DNA from: a phage
Assembly: GCA_014687725.1 (NCBI GenBank)
Contig: GCA_014687725.1_4094.1
Strand: one strand, 5' to 3'
DNA: 64,000 nt
The position numbers and the translations under genes are program-made. The notes below the pieces were generated by a model. The model was not told where the DNA came from, did no database searches, and saw only the letters and a list, made by a program, of their open reading frames with translations. Shown piece after piece: positions 38,820 through 46,685 of the stretch (positions are counted from its first letter, which is position 1; the number at the start of each line of letters is the position of its first letter).

Positions 38820-39077
38820 ATGGCTGTAGGATTCACGAAAGATGGGGCCGAGCAAGACGAGATTAACGCAGTGATTCAGGCCGCTGTTAACCACGCTAGA
38901 ACGCAAATTAACGCACAAATAGAATCACTGATACATTGCCTCGACTGCGGCGATATAATCCCTGAGAAACGACGCCAGGCCGTTAAGGGATGTAAGTACT
39001 GCATAACTTGCCAGGAGGATCATGATAGTACTTTTAAACGTCCCCCGCGTAATTGTTGGCATAGATCTATGAGATAA
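38820..39077 (+). CDS. TraR/DksA-family C4 zinc-finger protein
   Basis: CLDCGDIIPEKRRQAVKGCKYCITCQ: CxxC-17-CxxC spacing typical of TraR/DksA. Confidence 0.7.
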   Translation: MAVGFTKDGAEQDEINAVIQAAVNHARTQINAQIESLIHCLDCGDIIPEKRRQAVKGCKYCITCQEDHDSTFKRPPRNCWHRSMR

Positions 39078-39140
39078 AAAGTATTGACAGTACTGAAAGA
39101 TAGTGTATAATATTTTATATCTTAACTGAGGATTGAAATC

Positions 39141-39497
39141 ATGGGAATACAACATATCACGCGTACTACTGACAATGGCGAGATCACTGGCTATCAAGTA
39201 CAGGGCAAAGTAGCACAATTGCAGTACTGGTTTGTTAAACGTGGAATCATTGCACCGGATCTTGATTATGACCGTGTAGCGTTTATTGATTCTCTTTATG
39301 TTGATCCTGATAGTCGGGGCAATGGTGAAGGTAACGAATTAATGAATGCCTTTATTGATGCCGCCGATGATTCAGATTGTATCATTTTAGAATGCGATAC
39401 GGGAGAAGATAACGCCTTTAATCTTAAAGAATGGTACGAAGGTTTCGGATTCGAGGTACTGATCGATAGTGAATATCCTATCATGATTTTATCATAG
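39141..39497 (+). CDS. GNAT-like N-acetyltransferase (small)
   Basis: VAFIDSLYVDPDSRGNGEGNELMNAF ... NAFNLKEWYEGFGF resembles GNAT motifs A/B. Confidence 0.5.
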   Translation: MGIQHITRTTDNGEITGYQVQGKVAQLQYWFVKRGIIAPDLDYDRVAFIDSLYVDPDSRGNGEGNELMNAFIDAADDSDCIILECDTGEDNAFNLKEWYEGFGFEVLIDSEYPIMILS

Positions 39498-39575
39498 TAC
39501 TTGCATTTAGTTTTCAGTACTGTTATAGTACTTACATCAAGGGGAAACATCTTCCCCTACTAAGAGGAAATAAAA

Positions 39576-39764
39576 ATGGAAAACTTATCAAGTATTTTAG
39601 TACAAGATGATTTCGGTAATCCTGGAAGTGCTATCATTGTTCGGGGTAATAAAGCAACATTTGTTATTGCTGGTGGACCTGTACAGCGTAGCATTAAAAA
39701 TAATGCTGTTACCATTAATAATGTACGCTATCGCTTAGATAAAGAATTGATTCATAAACTTTAA
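39576..39764 (+). CDS. hypothetical early protein
   Basis: Promoter + hairpin + AAGAGGAAATAAAAATG. Confidence 0.5.
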   Translation: MENLSSILVQDDFGNPGSAIIVRGNKATFVIAGGPVQRSIKNNAVTINNVRYRLDKELIHKL

Positions 39765-39848
39765 AAAGTATTTGACAATAGATTATAGTACTGTATAATA
39801 AGTTACATGAAGGGGTGAAATGATTCTCCCCACTAAGAGGAAAGAAAA

Positions 39849-40061
39849 ATGCAAGGTCAACTAATCGTTCGTAAATGGTCTGATACTAACGAAAAACCGT
39901 GGGATGTACAATACATCGGACCGGATGGGGTATCACGTTATCAGCCTGGCGTAACGCATAGTACTGAGCAATTCGCAAACGCTCACCGCGAACGCCTGTT
40001 AGAATCCATGAAACAGGGATTCTGTGAAAAATTCATTCAAGATCATTGGCTGAAAGATTAA
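39849..40061 (+). CDS. hypothetical early protein
   Basis: Promoter + hairpin + SD. Confidence 0.55.
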   Translation: MQGQLIVRKWSDTNEKPWDVQYIGPDGVSRYQPGVTHSTEQFANAHRERLLESMKQGFCEKFIQDHWLKD

Positions 40062-40078
40062 TATAAGGAGTACAGCTT

Positions 40079-40171
40079 ATGCAAATGAATCCGATGATTA
40101 TTGTTTTAGCTGTACTTATGATCATTCATGCAATAGTAGAAGTATTAACGCAATCAGGAGTAATAAAATGA
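40079..40171 (+). CDS. very small hydrophobic peptide (30 aa)
   Basis: AAGGAG 8 nt upstream; ATGA-coupled to next ORF; speculative. Confidence 0.3.
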   Translation: MQMNPMIIVLAVLMIIHAIVEVLTQSGVIK

Positions 40172-40341
40172 TTCAAGTAGAATTATCAGTACTGAAAGAT
40201 CTGTTTTATCGGTTAGGTACTACTGGCGAGTATCCTAAAAGTGATACCGCAAAACTTTTTGTATCACTCGACTTATGGCAACGCGAACAATTAGTAATGT
40301 CCTGGCGTAAAGGTAAAGCAGATAGCGAGGTGAAAGCATGA
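40168..40341 (+). CDS. small protein (57 aa)
   Basis: Below track cutoff; ATGA coupling both sides. Confidence 0.4.
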   Translation: MIQVELSVLKDLFYRLGTTGEYPKSDTAKLFVSLDLWQREQLVMSWRKGKADSEVKA

Positions 40342-40487
40342 AAGAATTCTTATTCGAAGTAGTGTTTCAAGGTGTCGGTAGTAACCAACTGATTCGCTCA
40401 AGTGGTTACAATGTTAACCAGGCATGGAATAACATTAAACAAATGTACCCGAACGCTATCACCTATCGCAACCCGAAACAAGTTTAA
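40338..40487 (+). CDS. small protein (49 aa)
   Basis: Below track cutoff; followed by terminator/promoter hairpin. Confidence 0.4.
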   Translation: MKEFLFEVVFQGVGSNQLIRSSGYNVNQAWNNIKQMYPNAITYRNPKQV

Positions 40488-40501
40488 AAATAATTGAAAA
40501 A

Positions 40502-40534
40502 GGGATTGACTCCGGTCAGTCCCTTTGCTATTAT
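40502..40534 (+). promoter_or_regulatory. terminator/promoter element (copy 5)
   Basis: GGGATTGAC-TCCG-GTCAGTCCC, TTTG, TTGACT/17 nt/TATTAT. Confidence 0.55.
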
Positions 40535-40635
40535 ATACGCATAGAAACAAATCAGCCCACAGGGTGCATAAATGTATCTATTGTTTGCTGGTGGCTAGTA
40601 CTATCAAGTACTGAAAACTATTTTTAAAAAAGTAC

Positions 40636-40663
40636 TTGCATTGTACTTAGAATCAAGTATAAT
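40636..40663 (+). promoter_or_regulatory. early promoter P1 of tandem pair
   Basis: TTGCAT, 16 nt, TATAAT; upstream A/T-rich tract and TCAGTACTGA. Confidence 0.5.
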
Positions 40664-40751
40664 GTTTTACATCAGGACGGGGAACGAAACAAGTAACCCC
40701 GTTAAGTAGTCCAGGAGTAAGACATAAGAAAACCTCCCCTGATAAAATAGT

Positions 40752-40779
40752 TTGACAATAGAAAGTAAACGAGTATAAT
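40752..40779 (+). promoter_or_regulatory. early promoter P2 of tandem pair
   Basis: TTGACA, 16 nt, TATAAT; separated from P1 by a ~60-nt structured leader, duplicated at 30360-30560. Confidence 0.5.
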
Positions 40780-40812
40780 ACTTACATCAACCACTGATAA
40801 GGAAACATTAAA

Positions 40813-41088
40813 ATGCGGATTCTACTGACAGCTAACGAAATCGAACAAGTACTGACTACTAACCTGGAAGACTGGAAACGTGAAGCAGATATCCAGGCGG
40901 TTCAACGGCTTAACGATGAGTTAACGCCGGATGACTTAAGCAAGATTGTAGATCCTCAATTCTACGAAGATATCCACGACACCGCGTTAAGCGTCGAGGA
41001 TGTACTAGATAAGCACTACATTGATATTGATTTGCAGGTTTACGGTCGTAAAAACTTTATCACTATTCACGACATTTACAATAATTAA
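40813..41088 (+). CDS. hypothetical acidic protein
   Basis: ATG after AAGGAAACATTAAA. Confidence 0.55.
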   Translation: MRILLTANEIEQVLTTNLEDWKREADIQAVQRLNDELTPDDLSKIVDPQFYEDIHDTALSVEDVLDKHYIDIDLQVYGRKNFITIHDIYNN

Positions 41089-41174
41089 GTATTGACAAAG
41101 TATCTTAGTACTGTATAATAGTTTACATCGAGAGGGGGAATGGTTCCCCTCCTAACAAAGAGAGAGAAATAAAA

Positions 41175-41357
41175 ATGGCTAAATGCACTATCTGTAAGAA
41201 AGAAATCGTATTAGTTCCAAGTGCCCGTGAACGTGCCGCTCGGTTCGGTGGCAAACCGTCAGACTATACAAAAATGTTTACTGTCCATGCAGCTTGCCAG
41301 GTAGCAAAACGTTCACAAGAAAGCGTAGAATTAATGCGTAAACTTTCCAAAAAATAA
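41175..41357 (+). CDS. hypothetical small protein
   Basis: Promoter + hairpin + GAGAGAGAAATAAAAATG. Confidence 0.5.
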   Translation: MAKCTICKKEIVLVPSARERAARFGGKPSDYTKMFTVHAACQVAKRSQESVELMRKLSKK

Positions 41358-41445
41358 GTATTGACAAAGTATCTTAGTACTGTATAATAGTTTACATCAA
41401 GTGAGGGGAAACGGTTCCCCTCCTAACAAAGAGAGAGAAATAAAA

Positions 41446-41769
41446 ATGGCTATGATCCTTGCCCAGAAAGTAGAACTGAAAATTGTAACCTCCTTTGACA
41501 TTAAAGTTAATCGGTGGACTGATTCACACGGCAATACTTACCACTCTTGCTACGTGTCTGCGTTAATTGGTGATCGTTGGGAAGACCTGGGACATGAAAC
41601 CTTTACATACGGTTACGGCACACAAGGCGAATACACGGGCTTGGAGATCATTAAAGAAACCGTTATAGGTTTCAACCCGAAAGAAACAGTTATTCACCGC
41701 ATCGAGGAAGAGATCAACAAAGAAATAACAGTTCGATACTACGATGTAAAACGTAAGAAAGATATGTAA
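41446..41769 (+). CDS. hypothetical protein, paralog of 34893-35237
   Basis: Start moved to MAMILAQ; duplicated promoter/leader with 41175 gene. Confidence 0.55.
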   Translation: MAMILAQKVELKIVTSFDIKVNRWTDSHGNTYHSCYVSALIGDRWEDLGHETFTYGYGTQGEYTGLEIIKETVIGFNPKETVIHRIEEEINKEITVRYYDVKRKKDM

Positions 41770-41864
41770 TAGAATCCATTTAAAGTACTATTTGACATTG
41801 CCCAGATAGTACTTTATAATAGACTCTAACTTGTAGTACTAACTCAACTAATAGGATGTATACC

Positions 41865-42260
41865 ATGATTACTAAATTCTACGCTACCCGTGAAGCTGCC
41901 CGTATTGTTGCACGCGAGGAAGGAGCAGCATTTAAAGACATGGGCAAAGATGCACCGAAAGGCCAACGCTGGGCCGTACAGTTCAAAGAGATCTCTGATA
42001 TTGTGAATTCACCTGAGCCAGTACTAACAGCAGCAGAACTAAAACGAGCGGATTTACTGGCGTCAATACTTGATGCACAAGATGAGTTTATCGCTGATTC
42101 TGATATCAAAGTACAGACAAACCATACCGCTTGGACTCACGCGGATCACCTGGCAAACCTGAAGCGTCCAAGTGAACTGGTACGCAACCAGAAAGAGATC
42201 CGACACGACCGTAAGGGTAATCGTGTAACAGTATACAGTAAACGCCGCCAGGTTATCTAA
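41865..42260 (+). CDS. hypothetical protein, paralog of 29549-29815
   Basis: Start moved to second ATG (AGGA upstream). Confidence 0.55.
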   Translation: MITKFYATREAARIVAREEGAAFKDMGKDAPKGQRWAVQFKEISDIVNSPEPVLTAAELKRADLLASILDAQDEFIADSDIKVQTNHTAWTHADHLANLKRPSELVRNQKEIRHDRKGNRVTVYSKRRQVI

Positions 42261-42282
42261 TAACTTGCAGTACTAACAACAC

Positions 42283-42307
42283 GGCGGGATCAGTTCCCGC
42301 CTTTTTT
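42283..42307 (+). terminator. intrinsic terminator
   Basis: GGCGGGA-tcagt-TCCCGCC + TTTTTT. Confidence 0.65.
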
Positions 42308-42321
42308 ATAGGACAAACAAA

Positions 42322-42576
42322 ATGATTAAGGTTCAACTATATAAAGATAATATCTTGCGGGTACACTATAAAGCCCCTCAGAGAATCATCACAAAGGCCG
42401 TACAGCTTGCTAATGAGTTTATTAATGGTAACCTATTACCAAGGAAGTTAAGCAACGGAAAACTGCGTGTAATCGATGTAGACACTAACAACAGAATAGT
42501 AATTGAGAACACAGGAAAGATAAACCTATATGAACACCAACAATATAATAAGAAAATAAAACTAATATCACGTTGA
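42322..42576 (+). CDS. hypothetical protein
   Basis: ATG after GGACAAACAAA. Confidence 0.5.
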   Translation: MIKVQLYKDNILRVHYKAPQRIITKAVQLANEFINGNLLPRKLSNGKLRVIDVDTNNRIVIENTGKINLYEHQQYNKKIKLISR

Positions 42577-42629
42577 CAGTACTCAATTGTTTTAGTACTA
42601 TGTACATATACCAACACGGGAGAAACAAA

Positions 42630-42848
42630 ATGAAATTATCTAAAATCGAAAAGAAAACTATTGATGAAGCAGTTAAGCACGGTTATACCTTTCGTAATGA
42701 TTCACATTTTACCAATTTTCAACAAGGGTATCGTACTATTAAAAAACTCATTGACAAAGGTTTATTAGTTGAAGTCAATAACGGCAATGGTATTGAGTAT
42801 CAACCAACACAAGACGCATTTTATTTTAAGAAATATAATATTATCTAA
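42630..42848 (+). CDS. hypothetical protein, tandem duplicate pair member
   Basis: Promoter TTGACA/17/TACTAT and leader duplicated at 42849-42905. Confidence 0.5.
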   Translation: MKLSKIEKKTIDEAVKHGYTFRNDSHFTNFQQGYRTIKKLIDKGLLVEVNNGNGIEYQPTQDAFYFKKYNII

Positions 42849-42905
42849 TTGACAGTACTCAAATGTTTTAGTACTATATGTACATACCAACACGGGGAAA
42901 ACAAA

Positions 42906-43148
42906 ATGATTACTTTAGAAAAACGTATCAAAGAAACTACATCGCTGGTGGAACTGTTAACAGTACTGAAATGCCGTACTACTCGGTTTAGTACACCGGA
43001 CTTTATTAATATGGTTGATGTTAACGGTCGTTATCGCATTGCAGTAGAACAAGGAACAGCGAAAGTATTCAGTACTAAAAACACTAAGGAAGTGATTCAT
43101 GCTGTAAGTGTTAAAAAAGTAGTTGCCATTGATAGTAAAGTACTGTAA
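42906..43148 (+). CDS. hypothetical protein, tandem duplicate pair member
   Basis: Same promoter/leader as previous gene. Confidence 0.5.
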   Translation: MITLEKRIKETTSLVELLTVLKCRTTRFSTPDFINMVDVNGRYRIAVEQGTAKVFSTKNTKEVIHAVSVKKVVAIDSKVL

Positions 43149-43179
43149 GATAGTTTCATTAACTCAAGGAGAACATGCA

Positions 43180-43764
43180 ATGCGTAATTATACTAAATTC
43201 ATCCGTACCCTGTCAGAAATGGAAACCAACAAAGAGATCCTTTCAGCTTGTCGGTTAGCTGGTCTGGAGATCATCGGTGCGGGTTCTTCCCGTATTGTAT
43301 TCGCTTTAAATGATCGGTTAGTGATCAAGGTCGCGAATTGTGATGCGGGTGTAGAACAAAATGAAACTGAATGTAAGGTATGGAATTTTTTAGATTATGA
43401 CCGCCCTCAATTGAAACAGTACTTTGCAAAGGTGCATATGCATTTATGCGATCCTGATAATATGTTTATCGTTATGGATCGGTTGAGTACTGCAAGTAAA
43501 GGCAGTGTAAAGCACGTAAACGCGTGCAATGAATTAAAGTACAATATTAAACGTAATGCCATTGAACGCCAGCACCGCTTTGCTGATGCACTACAACACG
43601 TTGATGATACATTATCAACACTAACGATAAGAGATATCAGAAAACAGAATATCGGCCAGGATCGTAATGGCCTTATTAAAGTACTTGATTACGGTTTAAC
43701 CCGCAATATCTGGAATCAGTACTATAAAAAGCGTGATGTAGAAGCAAGTAAGGTAACACGATAA
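43180..43764 (+). CDS. protein-kinase-like protein (atypical Ser/Thr kinase fold)
   Basis: IIGAGSSRIVF (Gly-rich loop), LVIKV (beta3 Lys), RDIRKQNIG (catalytic loop), KVLDYG (DFG-like); AAGGAG SD. Confidence 0.55.
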   Translation: MRNYTKFIRTLSEMETNKEILSACRLAGLEIIGAGSSRIVFALNDRLVIKVANCDAGVEQNETECKVWNFLDYDRPQLKQYFAKVHMHLCDPDNMFIVMDRLSTASKGSVKHVNACNELKYNIKRNAIERQHRFADALQHVDDTLSTLTIRDIRKQNIGQDRNGLIKVLDYGLTRNIWNQYYKKRDVEASKVTR

Positions 43765-43777
43765 AAAAGATTAAAAA

Positions 43778-43812
43778 AGGGATTGACTCCGGTCAGTCCC
43801 TTTGCTATTATA
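43778..43812 (+). promoter_or_regulatory. terminator/promoter element (copy 6)
   Basis: GGGATTGACTCCGGTCAGTCCC + TTTGCTATTAT. Confidence 0.55.
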
Positions 43813-43984
43813 TATTCATTGAGAGATAACTCACTGACCCATAGGGTGCGGAAGTGTATCTATTATATAAGTATTCAGTACTGAAAACTATTTTAAAAAA
43901 GTACTTGCAATGTACTTAGAATCAAGTATAATGTTTTACATAGAGAGGGGGAAATGGTTCTCCCTGGTAATAAGGAATAAAATC

Positions 43985-44206
43985 ATGACTACAATGACTT
44001 GCATTTACGCTTCCAATCTTCTGAATGATGCGGCCTTTAATGTTGATTCAGAATATCAATGTTATCGGGATGAAAATAAAAAAGTTTTTGTAGTTGATAA
44101 TAATGGTTTCCATATTGAATTACAATCCGGTTTCACTGGTGTTGATGGTAAATCAGTGTGGGGCGTACAGGATGATAAAGGCACATATCATTTTAAACGT
44201 AATTAA
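43985..44206 (+). CDS. hypothetical early protein
   Basis: Start moved to MTTMTC downstream of leader hairpin. Confidence 0.5.
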   Translation: MTTMTCIYASNLLNDAAFNVDSEYQCYRDENKKVFVVDNNGFHIELQSGFTGVDGKSVWGVQDDKGTYHFKRN

Positions 44207-44290
44207 GTATTGACAAAGTATATCAGTACTGTATAATAGTTTACATCAAGGGGAGAATAGTTCTCCCCGATACTAAAAGGAAACAAAATT

Positions 44291-44563
44291 ATGTCCAGCT
44301 ACTCCGCTACTATGATCATTAAAGATATGAACGGTAATCCTACTTCTGCTGGTGGATCATTTGGAAACATTAATTTAGATGGTCGGTTATCCATGCAATC
44401 AGCCATCGATGCAGCGAAAGAAGTTTTTAAGAATGAATGTACTGTTAGTAAGCTGGATTATATGGGATTCGCTATCGAGAAAACTAATCGTTTTGTGAAC
44501 TACAAAAATCCACTGATGATTGATACTAACCTGAAAGCTAACGAAGTGGGGTACTTATTATGA
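44291..44563 (+). CDS. hypothetical early protein
   Basis: Promoter + hairpin + AAAGGAAACAAAATTATG. Confidence 0.55.
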   Translation: MSSYSATMIIKDMNGNPTSAGGSFGNINLDGRLSMQSAIDAAKEVFKNECTVSKLDYMGFAIEKTNRFVNYKNPLMIDTNLKANEVGYLL

Positions 44564-44751
44564 CAGTAGAAGAAGTTAAAAAAGTACTGGCAGTACTACG
44601 CTATCATAATCATTGCAAGGTGAAGAATGATCCTGATTATGTTGATTCATCCCTGGAGGAAGACACATTAAACGCAATAAGCCATATGCAAACATTAGCA
44701 AAGCGTATGACCGAAAAGAATAGACCGGACTATATCGGAAATAAAATTTAA
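44560..44751 (+). CDS. hypothetical early protein
   Basis: ATGA overlap with previous. Confidence 0.5.
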   Translation: MTVEEVKKVLAVLRYHNHCKVKNDPDYVDSSLEEDTLNAISHMQTLAKRMTEKNRPDYIGNKI

Positions 44752-44837
44752 AAAGTACTTGCATTGTAGTTAGATTAACGTATAATGTTTTACATAGAGC
44801 GGGGGAACTATTCCCCCGCCAGTCCAGGAGATACACC

Positions 44838-45101
44838 ATGAACACTATCGAAATCACTATCAATGCACACGTATACGACAACGTAGTACTGCAAACTACT
44901 ATGACCGCTAATGATACCAGTACTTTGCGGAATACTGTTATTAGTGCCGTATGTGCCGCTATCGGTGATGTCGCCCTGGAAAATGCAGAACACATCAACA
45001 ACGGTTTCACTATGTGCAAACGTGATAACGCAAAACATATCATCGTAGAAGGTTACGGCGGTGTAGAATATAATCTTTATATGAAAAAAGTACTTGCATA
45101 A
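44838..45101 (+). CDS. hypothetical early protein
   Basis: Promoter + GCGGGGGAA-cta-TTCCCCCGC hairpin + AGGAG. Confidence 0.55.
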   Translation: MNTIEITINAHVYDNVVLQTTMTANDTSTLRNTVISAVCAAIGDVALENAEHINNGFTMCKRDNAKHIIVEGYGGVEYNLYMKKVLA

Positions 45102-45168
45102 TAACTAAAACAAAGTATAATGTTTTGCATAGGGGGAGATATCCTCCCCCACTAAAAGGAGTAATAAA

Positions 45169-45393
45169 ATGGCTAACTTTGATGAACTGATGCGGGAAGT
45201 AGCTAACCTGGCAGAAGAGAAGAAATCATTCGATTCTATCTATAACACCGCTCACCGTGATTCAGTACTGGCATGTACTCAGGATCAAAAAGATGAACTA
45301 ATCGCCACATATCATGAAGCATGGAAGTACTACCGCCAATGGGAGAAAGAAGAAAGCGAGTCTACCATCAACGGCATCAATAATCTAATCTAA
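45169..45393 (+). CDS. hypothetical early protein
   Basis: Promoter + hairpin + AAAGGAGTAATAAAATG. Confidence 0.55.
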   Translation: MANFDELMREVANLAEEKKSFDSIYNTAHRDSVLACTQDQKDELIATYHEAWKYYRQWEKEESESTINGINNLI

Positions 45394-45469
45394 AAGTTTT
45401 ATTTCAGTACTATTGACATAGCTTGATAGTACTGATGTAATAACTTTACTAACTACAAGGGGAAACATA

Positions 45470-45727
45470 ATGGAACAGTTCACACAATATCGGGTAAATC
45501 CTCAAGCTATGGCCTACGTAGAAGACCATAAAACGTTACCAGTACTAACACCAATTAAAGGCCATATCTATCGTGCAATGTCATGGAATACGGCCCAGGA
45601 TGGATATACTACCGCTGGCGTGGGTATGTATTGCGGGAATGGTGAATGGTTTGATCCAAATAATCCGGTAGCCATTGACAGTACTGAAAAAATGAAATGG
45701 GCCGACTACATCGAAGATATTTCATAA
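45470..45727 (+). CDS. hypothetical early protein
   Basis: Type-2 promoter; ATG after AAGGGGAAACATA. Confidence 0.55.
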   Translation: MEQFTQYRVNPQAMAYVEDHKTLPVLTPIKGHIYRAMSWNTAQDGYTTAGVGMYCGNGEWFDPNNPVAIDSTEKMKWADYIEDIS

Positions 45728-45816
45728 AACTATTTGACAGTACTAACCAGTAATGTATAATGTTTTACATAGAGCGGGGGAATAGTTCTCCCGCCAATAG
45801 TTTGGAGTAAAACATT

Positions 45817-46017
45817 ATGTCTATCGCTATCGCCCTGGTTGAAGTACTGAAAGAAGCTAAAGCCAACCTTATCGATGTACAGATTAAGGAATTACAAAAT
45901 GGTTTAATCGGCTGTACTTGTACCGCTGGTGGAGCGGCAGACTATCGGGAATTCGAATCACTTGAATCGATGGTCCGTTATCTTACCATGATCGTAGAAG
46001 ATTGGAGAATCATCTAA
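45817..46017 (+). CDS. hypothetical early protein
   Basis: Promoter + hairpin + TGGAGTAAAACATTATG. Confidence 0.5.
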   Translation: MSIAIALVEVLKEAKANLIDVQIKELQNGLIGCTCTAGGAADYREFESLESMVRYLTMIVEDWRII

Positions 46018-46035
46018 CAAAAAAGAATAAAAAAA

Positions 46036-46069
46036 GGGATTGACTCCGGTCAGTCCCTTTGCTATTATA
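46036..46069 (+). promoter_or_regulatory. terminator/promoter element (copy 7)
   Basis: GGGATTGACTCCGGTCAGTCCC + TTTGCTATTAT. Confidence 0.55.
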
Positions 46070-46263
46070 TACGCATAGACAAAAACTAGCCCACTGGGTG
46101 CAGGAGTGTATCTAAAATATATAGTTAATAACGGTGAGTAACTATCTGCTGGTGGGGTGAAAACTATTAATAAAAAAAGTATTGACAAAGTATATCAGTA
46201 CTGCAATAATGTATCTCGTAGGGCGGCAATGGTGCGACGGCCCACAAAGTTAGGAGATTCAAA

Positions 46264-46596
46264 ATGAGTACTTCAATCGCTATCGTTAAAGCTTTCATCC
46301 GTACCAATGTTTCATCTGTATTCATCGACGGTCTGGATCGGGAAGTAGAATACTCAATCATTATCGCACAGACTGCAAACGGTGCTCGGTATATCCTTAA
46401 TGATAGTGAAGCAAATCACTACTACTTCACTAAAGCTACTGGCTTTAAACGCATCGATGCTGACGTAGTATACACTAAGATGAATAAGCTGGTAGACAAG
46501 ATTAACGCGAAAGGTACTATCGATTTACAGTACTGGACCGAAACCGATCCAGAATATGGATCTCACCGCTACCTGAATCCAGGTATTAAAATGTAA
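46264..46596 (+). CDS. hypothetical early protein
   Basis: ATG after TTAGGAGATTCAAA. Confidence 0.55.
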   Translation: MSTSIAIVKAFIRTNVSSVFIDGLDREVEYSIIIAQTANGARYILNDSEANHYYFTKATGFKRIDADVVYTKMNKLVDKINAKGTIDLQYWTETDPEYGSHRYLNPGIKM

Positions 46597-46685
46597 AAAG
46601 TACTTGCATAGTACTTAGAATCAAGTATAATGTTTTACATAGAGAGGGGGAAATGGTTCTCCCTCCTAAATTAAGGAGTTTTATC

